From the IMG/VR virus record IMGVR_UViG_3300025383_000009: DNA of 64,000 nucleotides; one strand, written 5' to 3'. The stretch comes from a virus (taxonomy: Duplodnaviria; Caudoviricetes). Of this stretch, positions 10,107-24,302 are shown piece by piece. The notes beneath the pieces were generated by a model. The model was not told the origin of the DNA. It did not search any database and saw nothing but the letters and a program-made list of their open reading frames with translations. How positions within the stretch are numbered: position 1 is the stretch's first letter; every line of letters starts with the position of its first letter. A program made the translations under genes and the position numbers.

Positions 10107-11576
10107 CTATCCAGTAAACGTATGTGTCTCTGGAGGATTATAGTGTTCTGATGGGTCCATGTATACTTGTGAATCGTATGGATCAATACCGATTAGACCA
10201 CTACCAGTACCAGGTGTTAGATAGTCTGTTATCGTAGGTATATTTATAGTGGTAAATGTAGCTTGTGATATCCATTGACCTACTTCATTTGTAGCCCCAA
10301 CTATTGGTCCATAAGTATTTTGTATCTGGAACTCTCCAAACAAGGCAGTACCTGCTGGATGTAGGTAAGACTTAAGTATGTTTATGTAGTCACTTAGTCT
10401 TTCGTTTACTGTTACTATGTATGAGTACTTTTGATACTTATAGCTGTCTTGGATGACTATATCATCATCAAGGAACCCGTTATTGGAACTGTAGTAGCCT
10501 TGGTATTTTGCTACAGCTCCTATAGTAAAACCAATCAATAAGTAGTTAGGAGCTACTGTCTTACTAGTGTTAGCTTCTTGATAGAACTGCTGTAGTATTT
10601 CGCCCACATATGTAGGGTCTTGATAATCAGTCTCATCATAGTTAGGGTTAATGATATAACCATAGTCAGCAAATTGGTTTATGATACTATCATTGTTCAA
10701 GCTGTATTGGGTAGTTCCATCTTTGTCTATCTGTAACGTGGATGGTGTAGATATGGCTTGGTTTGACTGTAATAAGTAAAAGTCAGTGGTATACCCGCAA
10801 CCAAACTCAATGTTTGTTACAGCAGTTACCCCTCCCACATTATTGACGGCTGTCACCTTAAGCTTTTGTGTTATGATAGAACCATTTGATATCGTATTAC
10901 CAACTATCAAGTCACCTACCCTGAACCCGTTACCAGGATTTGCTATGTAGTATGATACGGTAGTTGGGATTATCTTACCGGTTACACCTGTGAAGGTAAC
11001 AGTATAGCCAGTCTTTATATCACCATAGTAGTTTCTATCAATAAAGATCTCATAGATGTTATCTCTCACATAGTTTACACGTACTACTATGACCTTTATG
11101 ATTTGGTTTGGGCCGTTGATATCGATCCTATTTCCAGGAAGTGTATTGATATCAGCAGTAGATCCTGTAGTATCAACGAAGATTGATATGTCTTGTTGCC
11201 ATTGACCGCTTGATGGGATCAATACTGATTTCCATGGGTATGATACATCAGCTGTCTTATTATATAAGATCTTAAATAAGAACTTGTATGCTTCTTCAAC
11301 ACCCTTCTTAGTGAATAACTCTTTAGCTTTCCTTAAGAATAGCCTTTGATCGATGTATGGGTATGTTGTGCCATAGATATCAAGTTCGTTCTTAAAGTAC
11401 TGTATGAAAGAATCTAACGTCTCGTCGATGTCTCTTAAGCTTTGGATATCTTTATACTCATACTCATCTTGATAAGCATAGTAAGCTTCTATAAACTCTA
11501 CGAATAAAGGGTACTGAGACCTGATAAATTCAGGTATCTGTTTAGTGACCGCAGTATGTAGAGGTATGTTTGACAT
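10107..11576 (-). CDS. gp7: Baseplate wedge initiator gp7-like
   Basis: QIPEFIRSQYPLFVEFIEAYY, KKGVEEAYKFLFKILY, QDSYKYQKYSY and LHPAG motifs; follows gp6. Confidence 0.7.
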   Translation of the reverse strand: MSNIPLHTAVTKQIPEFIRSQYPLFVEFIEAYYAYQDEYEYKDIQSLRDIDETLDSFIQYFKNELDIYGTTYPYIDQRLFLRKAKELFTKKGVEEAYKFLFKILYNKTADVSYPWKSVLIPSSGQWQQDISIFVDTTGSTADINTLPGNRIDINGPNQIIKVIVVRVNYVRDNIYEIFIDRNYYGDIKTGYTVTFTGVTGKIIPTTVSYYIANPGNGFRVGDLIVGNTISNGSIITQKLKVTAVNNVGGVTAVTNIEFGCGYTTDFYLLQSNQAISTPSTLQIDKDGTTQYSLNNDSIINQFADYGYIINPNYDETDYQDPTYVGEILQQFYQEANTSKTVAPNYLLIGFTIGAVAKYQGYYSSNNGFLDDDIVIQDSYKYQKYSYIVTVNERLSDYINILKSYLHPAGTALFGEFQIQNTYGPIVGATNEVGQWISQATFTTINIPTITDYLTPGTGSGLIGIDPYDSQVYMDPSEHYNPPETHTFTG

Positions 11577-13423
11577 TAGTTATAGCTTGATGTGAATACG
11601 AAGTTAGAACCACCTGATGAGTTACCAACTGATGGCTTATCAATCACCACGTTAACGTTGATGTTAGCCGTTGGTATAGTAACTAGTTGGTTACGGACAG
11701 ACACCACGTCATTTGATTGAGGTTTGATGTTTAATAAGAATAACCCACCAGCTTGACTTAGATCGATGCCTGTGATCTCAAGGTCCGACATGATGATGTC
11801 ACCATTACTATAGTTGACTGAACCAAAAGTACGTACGTACGTCTTCACGTCTCCATTATAGTAGAACATCCTTAGCTGCCCAGTCGTACCACTTCCTGGC
11901 AAGTCTTCTATGTACATCTTGTTAGTGTTATTAGGGATATAGAAAGCTGTTGATAGGATAGATTGTTCTGCAACACCTGCATTATAGATCGGGTTACCAA
12001 GGTTGATGGTATAAGTTGCAGTAGTGTTATACTGTACAGCAACTTCCCTTTGTAGCTTAATAGTAGTGATGTTAGATACGATCGATGGCTCTGTCGCGTC
12101 TATCTGTGATGATAAGTTTGAGAACCTAAAGATACCAGTAAATGATTCAAGGTTCTTAGTATTATAAGCTTGGATAGTTTGAGATACCAATGTCTTGATA
12201 TCACTGCTTTGTAGAGATGTTAAGTTAGGGTTATAGTATACTGTAGTGTTTACCTCAAGGTTGATGTACTCCGGATCAACGATGACCGGTGTTATGGATA
12301 CTACGTTTAATGGCGCTAGCAATTCATTGATGATGTATGTCTTATCAGTCTCAGTTAAGTATTGTGATGACTTTGGTTGGATAGATAAGAATACTTGACC
12401 ATACACTGGAGGGACATTACTCTCTCCTCCCCATACGTTGACTGACTGGGCGTTTGAGTAGTTATTGAGGATGATGGTTTGATAATCGTTTGCAGTTACA
12501 GCTCTATTCTGTGTATTGAATGCTCTTGGTGCATTGAACCTAATTGATTCGATCGGCTCAACGTCTGAACCACCTTCTGCAGGTGTGAGTGTAGTTACAG
12601 CTACTGATCCACCCAATAGTGTTGGACCAGTGTATAAGAATATGTTTGCACCGTTTGGAGCATCAAGGTGTGTTATCATGTAGTTGATGTTAACTACGTT
12701 GCCGTTTGATAGTGCTTTACCTATGACTCCGTTACCAAACTCTATCTCATACTGTTGTCCTTGTATCTCTTTTACAAAGTATACTGCTGATTCACCGTTT
12801 AAGTTTGTTATGTTCTCTTCGTTTATGAAGGAAGTAAACACTGATGAAGTAGAGTTATCTTGTACACGCACGTTTAATGTAGATAAGTCAACTGGATTAT
12901 TAGGTATGATGTATTGTACACCATCCGCTACAGTATAGCTATAGTTTAAATTTACACCTTCTGTTAACTTAACATTTGTAAAAGTATATGTAGACCCACT
13001 CAATGATGCTTGGATAGCTTCCATGTTATAGAAAGTATAAGTAGTGCCGTTTACGTTTGATGTAAATGAGCTCATCGCTGGGATGATAAGGGTTGCTGGT
13101 GTAGTAGTAGTTGCAGACACAGTGATGTTGACTGTTGCTGTCGCGCATCTTGCAGAGTAAGGTACGTAACCGATCTCCTTAGCTCGTGATACAACAGATG
13201 CCCTCTTACTTGCAGAGTCAAGGAACGATTCGTTTACAGCAAGATTAGTGTATAAGCCGTTGTAGTGTGTATTGTAGGCAAGGATGTCTAGTAGTACTGA
13301 TAAGCCAGAACCATTGAAGTTATAGTCAGAAAACGTGCTTTGACCTTGTAAGTATGTTTGGATGTTAGCCTTGATCTTGTCAAAGTCTAATTCAGATACT
13401 GATATGTTGTTATTTGCTGGCAT
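11576..13423 (-). CDS. gp6: Baseplate wedge protein gp6
   Basis: SELDFDKIKANI, LLDILAYNTHYN, ESFLDSA and QNRAVTANDY motifs. Confidence 0.92.
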   Translation of the reverse strand: MPANNNISVSELDFDKIKANIQTYLQGQSTFSDYNFNGSGLSVLLDILAYNTHYNGLYTNLAVNESFLDSASKRASVVSRAKEIGYVPYSARCATATVNITVSATTTTPATLIIPAMSSFTSNVNGTTYTFYNMEAIQASLSGSTYTFTNVKLTEGVNLNYSYTVADGVQYIIPNNPVDLSTLNVRVQDNSTSSVFTSFINEENITNLNGESAVYFVKEIQGQQYEIEFGNGVIGKALSNGNVVNINYMITHLDAPNGANIFLYTGPTLLGGSVAVTTLTPAEGGSDVEPIESIRFNAPRAFNTQNRAVTANDYQTIILNNYSNAQSVNVWGGESNVPPVYGQVFLSIQPKSSQYLTETDKTYIINELLAPLNVVSITPVIVDPEYINLEVNTTVYYNPNLTSLQSSDIKTLVSQTIQAYNTKNLESFTGIFRFSNLSSQIDATEPSIVSNITTIKLQREVAVQYNTTATYTINLGNPIYNAGVAEQSILSTAFYIPNNTNKMYIEDLPGSGTTGQLRMFYYNGDVKTYVRTFGSVNYSNGDIIMSDLEITGIDLSQAGGLFLLNIKPQSNDVVSVRNQLVTIPTANINVNVVIDKPSVGNSSGGSNFVFTSSYN

Positions 13424-13815
13424 TATCGGCTTCTCGTTAAAATGATATCTACAGCTATCGGTGTAGATGTGTTTACAATAGTAAATGTTACTGACACATA
13501 GACTTCATTATTATCTGGTGAGAGTGTGACTAGTACATCTATCAAGTTAACTCTTGGTTCAAAGTTGATGATGACGTCTTGTATAGCTCTCTTAAGTAAT
13601 ACGTTGAGCATCGGTGTTGCTGGCTCAAATAATAAACCTCTTACCTGTGATCCAATCTCTGAATGGAATGGCCTCTCATAGTTTTGTGTAAGCACTAGGT
13701 TCTTTACAGAAGCCTTGATGTCTTCTGCATCATACTTGATATTAACATCATGCGTGACAGGGTGCATCGCGAACGATAAGTCTATATCAGAGAATGTCCT
13801 TGTATTACGTGCCAT
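13423..13815 (-). CDS. gp25: Baseplate wedge protein gp25
   Basis: FSDIDLSF, IKASVKNLVLTQNYERPFHSEIGS and NFEPRV motifs. Confidence 0.92.
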   Translation of the reverse strand: MARNTRTFSDIDLSFAMHPVTHDVNIKYDAEDIKASVKNLVLTQNYERPFHSEIGSQVRGLLFEPATPMLNVLLKRAIQDVIINFEPRVNLIDVLVTLSPDNNEVYVSVTFTIVNTSTPIAVDIILTRSR

Positions 13816-13819
13816 TTAT

Positions 13820-13827
13820 TATTTATG
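13820..13827 (-). promoter_or_regulatory. Late promoter variant CATAAATA
   Basis: One mismatch to TATAAATA, immediately upstream of gp25. Confidence 0.6.
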
Positions 13828-13828
13828 C

Positions 13829-14113
13829 CTATCCAAAGAATACGTTTTGTGAGCCTTGTGCTACTACAGACCCACAATCTATCGGGTCACCTATACGCAT
13901 AGCAGCTCTTCCATTAATGAATACTTTACTTGATCCTTCTTGTCCTCTCCCATCATGACATATGATGGTACAACAATGTGTTTCCCATAGATCACCTACA
14001 CGTGCAATACCTACACCGTTTGCAAACACGTTGCTAGATCCTTCCATCACAGTACGTGGTGGGAAACAACCATGTCCTGAACAAACATCACCAATCCTAG
14101 TTCCAGCTGCCAT
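13829..14113 (-). CDS. gp5.4: PAAR-domain spike tip protein (T4 gp5.4-like)
   Basis: RIGDVCSGHGCFPP...GSSKVFINGRAAMRIGD; Cys/His metal ligands present. Confidence 0.9.
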   Translation of the reverse strand: MAAGTRIGDVCSGHGCFPPRTVMEGSSNVFANGVGIARVGDLWETHCCTIICHDGRGQEGSSKVFINGRAAMRIGDPIDCGSVVAQGSQNVFFG

Positions 14114-15447
14114 TATGCAATAGTACCATAAGAAGTAACACTTTGTACAGTAGTGAGGTTACCGTTTGAATCAAGCATAGCTACATGTACACCAGTAGTT
14201 CCAGTTAAGTACATGAATATTAGTTGTCCACTTGCACCTTGTAATACAGTCCAATTTGTTGTTCCGAATCCTGGTCCTGTTGGTCCTGATGCACCACCCG
14301 TTGGACCTTGAATACCTGTAGCTCCTGTTAAACCCGATGCACCTTGAGTTCCTGTAGCACCTGTAGCACCTGTTTTACCTGTGGATCCGCTTGCACCTGA
14401 TGCACCACCAGTTGGACCTTGAATACCTGTTGCACCAGGCAAACCTGTAGATCCACTCGAACCTTGAGTTCCTGTAGCACCGCTTGCACCTATTGGTCCT
14501 GTTGAACCAGTAGCTCCTCTACCAGTCGCACCTATTGGTCCTGTTGCACCTGGAATGTTTGATACACCCGCTGGACCTGTAGATCCTGTCGGACCAGTAG
14601 CACCTGATGCACCGCTTGCACCCTGTGGACCTGATGCACCACCTGTATCTCCTTGCGGGCCTGTTGCTCCTGTATAACCTGTCGCTCCTGTCGCACCAGT
14701 ATAACCTGTTGCACCTGTCGAACCAACAGGTCCTGATGCACCACCAGTTGGACCTTGAATACCTGTTGCGCCAGGCAAACCTGTCGCTCCACTTGCACCA
14801 GTAACACCTGTTGCACCTGTATATCCTGTAGCACCGCTTGCACCTTGATAACCTGTAGCACCTGTAGCACCAACACCGCTTGCACCTTGTGGACCTGTAG
14901 ATCCTGTTGAACCTGGTAACCCTGCACCTGTAGCGCCAACACCGCTTGCACCTTGTGGACCCGTAGATCCTGTAGCGCCCGTTAATCCTGCACCTGTCGC
15001 ACCTGTCGAACCTGTTAAGCCCGTCGATCCGCTCGAACCTTGGATACCTGTGGCACCTGTCGAACCTGTTAAACCTGTTGAACCACTCGCACCTTGATAA
15101 CCCGTCGCTCCTGTAGTTCCAGTATAACCTGTGGCACCTTGTGGACCAGTTGCACCTTGTGGACCTGTAACGTTACCTACGTCAACCCATGATGCACCTT
15201 GCCAAACCCATAAGTGACCAGTATTAGTCGTGATGTATCCATCACCTATTGTATTTCCAGTGAGTGGTAGTAATGATGAGTTAGCAACAGAACCTTTAAT
15301 CGTTACTGATTGACCGATAGGACCTTGTGCACCTGTTGCACCTGGAGTTCCTGTAGCTCCTGTGTATCCTGTGGCTCCAGTAGAACCTGTAGAACCTATC
15401 GGTCCTTGTATCGTTCCTGAAGCTAGTTGTTGTAGAGTTATCGTCAT
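14113..15447 (-). CDS. Collagen-like (Gly-X-Y) fibre protein
   Basis: About 300 aa of GAT/GAS/GPQ triplets. Confidence 0.85.
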   Translation of the reverse strand: MTITLQQLASGTIQGPIGSTGSTGATGYTGATGTPGATGAQGPIGQSVTIKGSVANSSLLPLTGNTIGDGYITTNTGHLWVWQGASWVDVGNVTGPQGATGPQGATGYTGTTGATGYQGASGSTGLTGSTGATGIQGSSGSTGLTGSTGATGAGLTGATGSTGPQGASGVGATGAGLPGSTGSTGPQGASGVGATGATGYQGASGATGYTGATGVTGASGATGLPGATGIQGPTGGASGPVGSTGATGYTGATGATGYTGATGPQGDTGGASGPQGASGASGATGPTGSTGPAGVSNIPGATGPIGATGRGATGSTGPIGASGATGTQGSSGSTGLPGATGIQGPTGGASGASGSTGKTGATGATGTQGASGLTGATGIQGPTGGASGPTGPGFGTTNWTVLQGASGQLIFMYLTGTTGVHVAMLDSNGNLTTVQSVTSYGTIA

Positions 15448-15456
15448 TTATTTTCC

Positions 15457-17079
15457 CTATACATACTCATAGATGATTACTATACCTGAACCACCTTGTC
15501 CGCCCGTTTGATATCCTGGAGTTCCAGCTCCACCACCTCCACCACCGCCTGCAGAACCAGGCCCAGCGTTTCCACCACCGTGTCCACCACCAAACCCGCT
15601 TCCAGATCCGAGGTAACCAGCACCGCCTTCACCACCACCTGTAGTAGAGTATATACCACCGCCACCTGCAGAGCCACCTGATCCAATCAAGTTAACGTCA
15701 CCGCCTGTCGCAGTACCACCAGCACCACCCGCGTTTGTTCCTGCACCGCTGTTACCGTTTGATCCACCTGTACATGTTAGGAAACTACCAAACGTTGTCG
15801 TACCAGCTGGTCCACCCACAGTTATAGCAGTGATAGTAGATAGCACGTTTGACATGATCTTCTTGATCGCCATACCACCTCCACCTCCACCACCTCCACC
15901 ATAGTATGCGGATCCTGCTGTGGTACCGTTTCCACCATTACCGCCTCCACCTACAGTGTGTACTACGATATAACCTGGGTTATTAACCGTCTTATCATAT
16001 CCTGTTGCACCAGCAGTATTGAATGATGTTATACCTATTAAGATACCACTTAAACCTTGTGGGCCTGTCGCTCCACTTGCTCCTGTAATCCCTGTTGCAC
16101 CCGTATAACCAGTCGCTCCTGTAGCTCCTGTAAACCCTGTTGCACCTGATGCACCGTCAATACCTTGTGGACCTGTAGAACCTTGTGGTCCTGTTGCTCC
16201 TTGATAACCAGTAGCACCACTTGCACCTGTGTCTCCTTGAAGACCACTTGCACCTATAGGACCTGTTGCTCCTGTATAACCAGTAGCTCCGCTTGCTCCA
16301 TCTATACCAGTGGCACCGCTCGCGCCTTGGTATCCTGTAGCACCTGTATAACCTGTTGCACCTGTATATCCTGTCGCTCCAGTAGAACCATCATATCCAC
16401 TAGCACCTGTTAACCCGGTAGAACCGCTTGCTCCTTGATAACCAGTGGCACCTTGTGGACCTGTAGCTCCTGTGTAACCTGTCGCACCCGTTGCTCCACT
16501 ATATCCTGTAGCACCTGTTGAACCCGTATAACCTGTCGCACCTGTTGCACCAAACCCTGTAGCACCTGTCGCTCCTGGACCACCCGTTGCACCTGTTGCA
16601 CCAGAAGGACCAACTGTTGATACTACTAACCATTGTGAACCGTCAAAGGTAAAGTATACTAGCACTCTAGCTATGTTGATGAGTAAGTCGTCATCATACC
16701 CATCGATGTTATGTCCATTACGTAGTATGGTTAATGGGTTTTGTTGCCAATTACCACCATCTTGTAATAGTATTGACATACCAGTCGTTGGTGTTGCTGG
16801 TAGTGTTATGCTAAAAGAACCACCGCTTGTATCAGCTATGATCTGGTCATACGCATACAAGGATGGGTCTAATACGATTGAATTCGTAACCCTCTGCCAA
16901 TGTAGACCTGGTTGTACCCAACTCCTTGTACCATCAACGTTTGATGCTAGTACATAGCCGCTGTACGCTGGTAGTCCTAAGTTAGGTTCTGCTTCTGATA
17001 GTTGTAAAAACTCATACCTGTCTGGTGATACACCAGATGGCGGTATGACTTTAACTTTACCAGATAATATTCTAGCCAT
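15457..17079 (-). CDS. Collagen-like fibre protein with C-terminal glycine-rich domain
   Basis: Phage fibre repeat ([15 protein letters not shown]), Gly-X-Y tract, GGGGGGG-rich end. Confidence 0.8.
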   Translation of the reverse strand: MARILSGKVKVIPPSGVSPDRYEFLQLSEAEPNLGLPAYSGYVLASNVDGTRSWVQPGLHWQRVTNSIVLDPSLYAYDQIIADTSGGSFSITLPATPTTGMSILLQDGGNWQQNPLTILRNGHNIDGYDDDLLINIARVLVYFTFDGSQWLVVSTVGPSGATGATGGPGATGATGFGATGATGYTGSTGATGYSGATGATGYTGATGPQGATGYQGASGSTGLTGASGYDGSTGATGYTGATGYTGATGYQGASGATGIDGASGATGYTGATGPIGASGLQGDTGASGATGYQGATGPQGSTGPQGIDGASGATGFTGATGATGYTGATGITGASGATGPQGLSGILIGITSFNTAGATGYDKTVNNPGYIVVHTVGGGGNGGNGTTAGSAYYGGGGGGGGGMAIKKIMSNVLSTITAITVGGPAGTTTFGSFLTCTGGSNGNSGAGTNAGGAGGTATGGDVNLIGSGGSAGGGGIYSTTGGGEGGAGYLGSGSGFGGGHGGGNAGPGSAGGGGGGGAGTPGYQTGGQGGSGIVIIYEYV

Positions 17080-17403
17080 TTACTGATTCCAAGATACTTA
17101 ATGTTATTTTAAATTTACTGTTATCACTCGCTGATACTGATATTGAGTGACCGGTTTCAAGTACTAGTTTACCCGTAATTGCAGAAGCTGAATCATTGCC
17201 AGGTATAAGAAAGTCTTTGATAAGCTCTGTAGTAGTTGAATTAAATTGATGTGTAAACGTTACTGTGCCAGAAGTACCAGAGACGTTAGCTATCTGCGCC
17301 ATCAATATGATAGATGATTTACCAGCTGGTGCAGTATAGATGACTGTATCAGCTGTGGTTATTTCTGCTGTCGTGGTTTTAAATACGTTTAATGCTATAG
17401 CCA

Positions 17404-17404
<1 letters not shown>
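17072..17404 (-). CDS. Small beta-rich fibre-associated protein
   Basis: 110 aa ORF coupled to the adjacent fibre genes. Confidence 0.6.
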
Positions 17405-20068
<2,664 letters not shown>

Positions 20069-20072
<4 letters not shown>

Positions 20073-20647
20073 AGTAGTAAGTTATTCTCCCAATCTACGG
20101 AGTCCAGTAGTTTGTTTATCCAGCCAACTTTATCTTTATTATTATTTATCCATTCTACCAGGATCTTTTGCTGATATCTGGTTAAATGAGTGAATTTAAT
20201 TAGTTGGTTCCGGCCAGTCTGCCAGTTGTTCTCTACAACTATAGTATACGTTTGCTGCTCATTATTTGCCTTAGCTATATAGCTATAAGTCTTGCTTACA
20301 GTAGGGTCTGCATGGTAGTAGTATACTTCTGATAGTGTACCATCAGCCACAGCCATGACTATATCACTCCAATGTGATACCGTCTTAAACTTATCATCAA
20401 CAGTCCTATAATGGATCTCGTTATTGAACGCATCCGTATAGTAACCAGTGATGGTATTACCCGATACATTAATAGTCGTGTTAGGTTCTACTGCAGTGAT
20501 AGTCACAGGGTATGCTTGTCCTCCTGTGGATACACCCACACCTGTAGCTCCATAAGTCGGTGTAGTACTAGCAACGTAAGTTACGTTTTGTTTTACGTTC
20601 TCAAGCTCATGGACTGTAGTTAGTCTTGTAGGTACTGGTGAAAACAT
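20069..20647 (-). CDS. Hypothetical structural protein
   Basis: 192 aa ORF coupled to the gp5 stop. Confidence 0.6.
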
Positions 20648-23007
20648 TATTGAATCAGTAAGTACTGTCCTATGTTACCTACACGCGCATGATCCCTCAT
20701 AGTAAACGACTGCTTCCTGTTATTTGTATATGAGAACGATACATGGATCCATACAGTCGATGCACCTGAATACTCAAGTAATAGTTGGTCATATGGTATG
20801 ATCTGCTGTATAGCTTGGATAGCTTCATAATGTTTTTGCCTATCAAATCCTGGTATGACTAAGTCCGCAGCTTGACCCAAATAATGCTGTGAAGTAGGCG
20901 AAGACTGAGCTACATCACCAGGTCTCCTGAATCCAGAAGTTATTTGGATATTAGGGTACAAACCAATGATTGCTTCAAGGCAGTTCTCTGCAAGCCCTTT
21001 AAGGTTGCATACGATCTGTTGTGGTGTTAACCCTTGTTGGGCAACGGGCATACGGGTACCGTTCTGTGTAAACGTTGCAAGCTTAAAGTGTGTTGATAAC
21101 TGTAGGTCTGGACTAAAGTCACTCATACCGTTTATGATGTTACAGCTTTGTGGTAATGGTGCCACATCATTTGGTTTGACATCAGTCGTACCGTTAGTAG
21201 TACCAGAGTTAACTTCATTAGCGTCAAGCGTACCATCGCTGATTTGTTTTGCTATGTAGTCTGCAGGGTCACCTTCGTCAGGCGTCTCAAACACTGATGC
21301 AGCTTCAAGACCTCGTGTCACAACGACAAGGTTTGGAAACTCTGGTTCACCTTCTACAGTTGGTATAGATAATCCAGTCTTGTTAGCAGAACCTGCACGA
21401 CCATCGCCCAAGTCTAGACGCACACCGTCCATGTTAAGTGTTGCACCAGCTAGTACGTTCGTAGAAGCAGATGACTCAAGGTTTAAACTGTTACCAGAGT
21501 ATATGTTTGTGGCTCCAGTAGATTCGATGTTGACTGATCCAGCCATGAGGTTGAATGCACCAGCCACAGCAACGTTCATGTTGTTATTGACTTGTAAGTT
21601 AACATCACCTTCTACAGTAACGTTGAGTGCGCCCTTGATATGTACAAAGCCGTTACGCTCCATTATCTCATACCCATCACCAACTATACGGTTAACTTGT
21701 GTACCGTTTGCGTCTATCTCTGTAAATGTACCTGACTTATGGTAAGTATGGATACGTTCGGATCCTTTTGTATCATCAAACTCCATAACATGGCCAGACT
21801 CGGTCATCATTACATGGTTAAACGGGTACTTGGCATTGTACGGTATCTGTGATTGGTCCCATGTAACACCAACAGACTTGACTCCCTTATCTCGCGTTTG
21901 CTCTTTAGTGTATACGATGGTCTTACGGATGTCTTCAGCTCTCGCTAACTTATTGGTGTCTGCTTCATTGATGTATAGAGGGTACTTACCGTTTGGGTCT
22001 TTAAATCCTATAACTGAAGCTGAAGCAGTATTACTTAACCCTGATGCATTTGGAGTAGAGTCTACTGGTGGGTTTACAGGTGTATTGACAGGGGATAGAT
22101 CACCTGATACAGTTGGCACGCCATCCTTCAAGAATAGTTGTGACTCTGCAGATCTGCGCTTTGTTAATCCTGCTAACACTTGTCCACCAGCTTTATTATA
22201 GTTTGAGAACTGGTTTGCACACCCCATATAATCGGGTATGTTTAGTGTTGATAGAAGCGTTGACTTAGAGTATGTACCAGAACCAAGGTTATACACGAAT
22301 GAACACATAGAATCAAACATCGATTGGGTTATTGGTGCTTTCGTTGCAGAGTATAGTATTGGGTATACAGACTTAGTGAAGTGTGCTAGTAAGTATTCGT
22401 TTGCTTGGCTTTCAGTTATAGTCATACCTGCTGTTACAGGTGATCCATTGATTGTGGTAGTACCATAACCAATCGTCCATACACCCACAGAGTCTTGATA
22501 AGAAGTTAGTCTCAACCCTTCAAACTGCTTGATGAGTGATATAGCATCTGATGAAGCTGTATACGTATTTGCTGGGTTTAATCCTGGTGTATCTGTAGGA
22601 GGGTTTGAGTCAGTATTAGCAACTATATTACCGTTTACGTCTGTAGTGGTTTGCTGTGATGTAGGAGCAAGAAAACCATCTGACTTTAATATCATTTGGT
22701 TATTGTCTTGATCTATAGATCCTTGTGCTTGAGGGATACCACCGATGACACCAAGCATGATAGGCTGTTGTTCTGCCTCGTCCCTGAACATGATGATCAC
22801 CCATGTGCCTTCGACTGGACCTAACGGTGTGGTACCAATACCAGATATACCAGCAGAGGTGACTGGTTGCATTGGGAATGCCCATGGTAGTTCATAAGTT
22901 GGTAGTACACTAGCATCGTAGTTATGTAGACCTACGACACGAACTTGACACCTACCAAGTTTTAATGGGTCTTGTCTATTCTCAACGCATCCTGTATACA
23001 ACTTCAT
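20647..23007 (-). CDS. gp5: Baseplate central spike gp5: OB fold, GH24 lysozyme, beta-helix, C-terminal peptidase M15
   Basis: VENRQDPLKLGRCQVRVVGLH; LIKQFEGLRLTSYQDSVGVWTIGYG; TESGHVMEFDDTKGSERI; SGFR...SQHYLGQAAD...WIHVS. Confidence 0.92.
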   Translation of the reverse strand: MKLYTGCVENRQDPLKLGRCQVRVVGLHNYDASVLPTYELPWAFPMQPVTSAGISGIGTTPLGPVEGTWVIIMFRDEAEQQPIMLGVIGGIPQAQGSIDQDNNQMILKSDGFLAPTSQQTTTDVNGNIVANTDSNPPTDTPGLNPANTYTASSDAISLIKQFEGLRLTSYQDSVGVWTIGYGTTTINGSPVTAGMTITESQANEYLLAHFTKSVYPILYSATKAPITQSMFDSMCSFVYNLGSGTYSKSTLLSTLNIPDYMGCANQFSNYNKAGGQVLAGLTKRRSAESQLFLKDGVPTVSGDLSPVNTPVNPPVDSTPNASGLSNTASASVIGFKDPNGKYPLYINEADTNKLARAEDIRKTIVYTKEQTRDKGVKSVGVTWDQSQIPYNAKYPFNHVMMTESGHVMEFDDTKGSERIHTYHKSGTFTEIDANGTQVNRIVGDGYEIMERNGFVHIKGALNVTVEGDVNLQVNNNMNVAVAGAFNLMAGSVNIESTGATNIYSGNSLNLESSASTNVLAGATLNMDGVRLDLGDGRAGSANKTGLSIPTVEGEPEFPNLVVVTRGLEAASVFETPDEGDPADYIAKQISDGTLDANEVNSGTTNGTTDVKPNDVAPLPQSCNIINGMSDFSPDLQLSTHFKLATFTQNGTRMPVAQQGLTPQQIVCNLKGLAENCLEAIIGLYPNIQITSGFRRPGDVAQSSPTSQHYLGQAADLVIPGFDRQKHYEAIQAIQQIIPYDQLLLEYSGASTVWIHVSFSYTNNRKQSFTMRDHARVGNIGQYLLIQ

Positions 23008-24302
23008 TATTGTCCACCTTTATTCAAATCAACTATAAACGAATCTTTAATTAGTTCCATCTTACATTGATGTGCATCCCTATCTATCGAATGGTTGATA
23101 GCTGATATCACATAGTTACCTGAGAACATCTTATCTTGTATATCTTTTGATGAGTCAGATGATTGTATTGGATTAAACTTATTTAAGTTAAGGAATACCT
23201 TTTGTCCTACTGTATAATCTGTCCTACCAGGAACCAAGATCTCAACCCTTGTAGCCATAGCTTGCTGCATCAATGACATCCTTTGTTGTATGCCAGCAGT
23301 GTTGGTCGTATCAGTATAGCTGTTAAAGCTGCCGTAGTATTTACTGTAGTCAAACACTGTGGATGCAGACCTACGAACAGAGGCGTTAGAAGCAACAGGA
23401 TAATCGTTTAAGTGTTTGTTGTTCTTAAAGTCTGTAAGCATATCATAGTTCTTTACGACGAACTTCTTAGTAGTCACATCAAAGGTAATCATCTTAGAAG
23501 CATACATACCAGACCTTGCTCTGTCAAGGTAATCAAAAGCTTTTGGTATACTTATCTCAATGATACGTTGGTACTCTGCAGGTATATCACGATAGCTTCG
23601 ACCATCTGGTGTAAACGTACGCATGAAGTTATCTGATATAAATGTTTGTACTACATTAGAAGTATATAGGTTTTCAAGAGATACGAAGTTTAAACCTTTC
23701 CTGCTCTCAAAGAATAGGTACGATAAGGAATTGTTTTGGTTTAAAGAATACTCTGCCACATGGTTGATACTCTTTACAGGAGACCAATAGTTTGCGATGA
23801 ACTTTGTACTATTCGCTGTGTCTTCTATGTTAATGTTTTTCTTTGACTCTAAGCCATTGACAGTATCTTTAATGATAGTCTTTATTATGTCAGAACACTT
23901 GCCTTTATACGGTACACTGACTTTCTTATTAACATCGACTAAAGCTTCCCTTGATATGAAGTGTAGTTCATAGATAGCATTCCTATTACCCTGTGTCTCT
24001 CTGTTTGTCATCTTATAGATGTAGAACTGGTCATTGATGACGTTAGCTGGTCCTGTCATAGAAGGGGTATGGATAGCTATATTAACATACTCTTCACCAA
24101 CAAATGGGAATAAGTTAGCAAGGTCTAATGAGTCTTTAAACGCCATTACACCAGATATGAACGGAGAGAATAAGTCTTCATAGATCTCAAGAGCTATGAC
24201 TTGGTTGGTGACTTCCTGACCATACCCGTTTGCAGATATGATCTGTATCTTGTCTATGCTGACGTCGCCAGCAAACCGTATGACTTCAGCGGTCGCGCTC
24301 AT
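23007..24302 (-). CDS. gp27: Baseplate hub protein, gp27-like
   Basis: LEIYEDLFSPFISG, YLFFESRKGLNFVSL and VPGRTDYTVGQKV motifs; lies between gp53 and gp5. Confidence 0.65.
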   Translation of the reverse strand: MSATAEVIRFAGDVSIDKIQIISANGYGQEVTNQVIALEIYEDLFSPFISGVMAFKDSLDLANLFPFVGEEYVNIAIHTPSMTGPANVINDQFYIYKMTNRETQGNRNAIYELHFISREALVDVNKKVSVPYKGKCSDIIKTIIKDTVNGLESKKNINIEDTANSTKFIANYWSPVKSINHVAEYSLNQNNSLSYLFFESRKGLNFVSLENLYTSNVVQTFISDNFMRTFTPDGRSYRDIPAEYQRIIEISIPKAFDYLDRARSGMYASKMITFDVTTKKFVVKNYDMLTDFKNNKHLNDYPVASNASVRRSASTVFDYSKYYGSFNSYTDTTNTAGIQQRMSLMQQAMATRVEILVPGRTDYTVGQKVFLNLNKFNPIQSSDSSKDIQDKMFSGNYVISAINHSIDRDAHQCKMELIKDSFIVDLNKGGQ

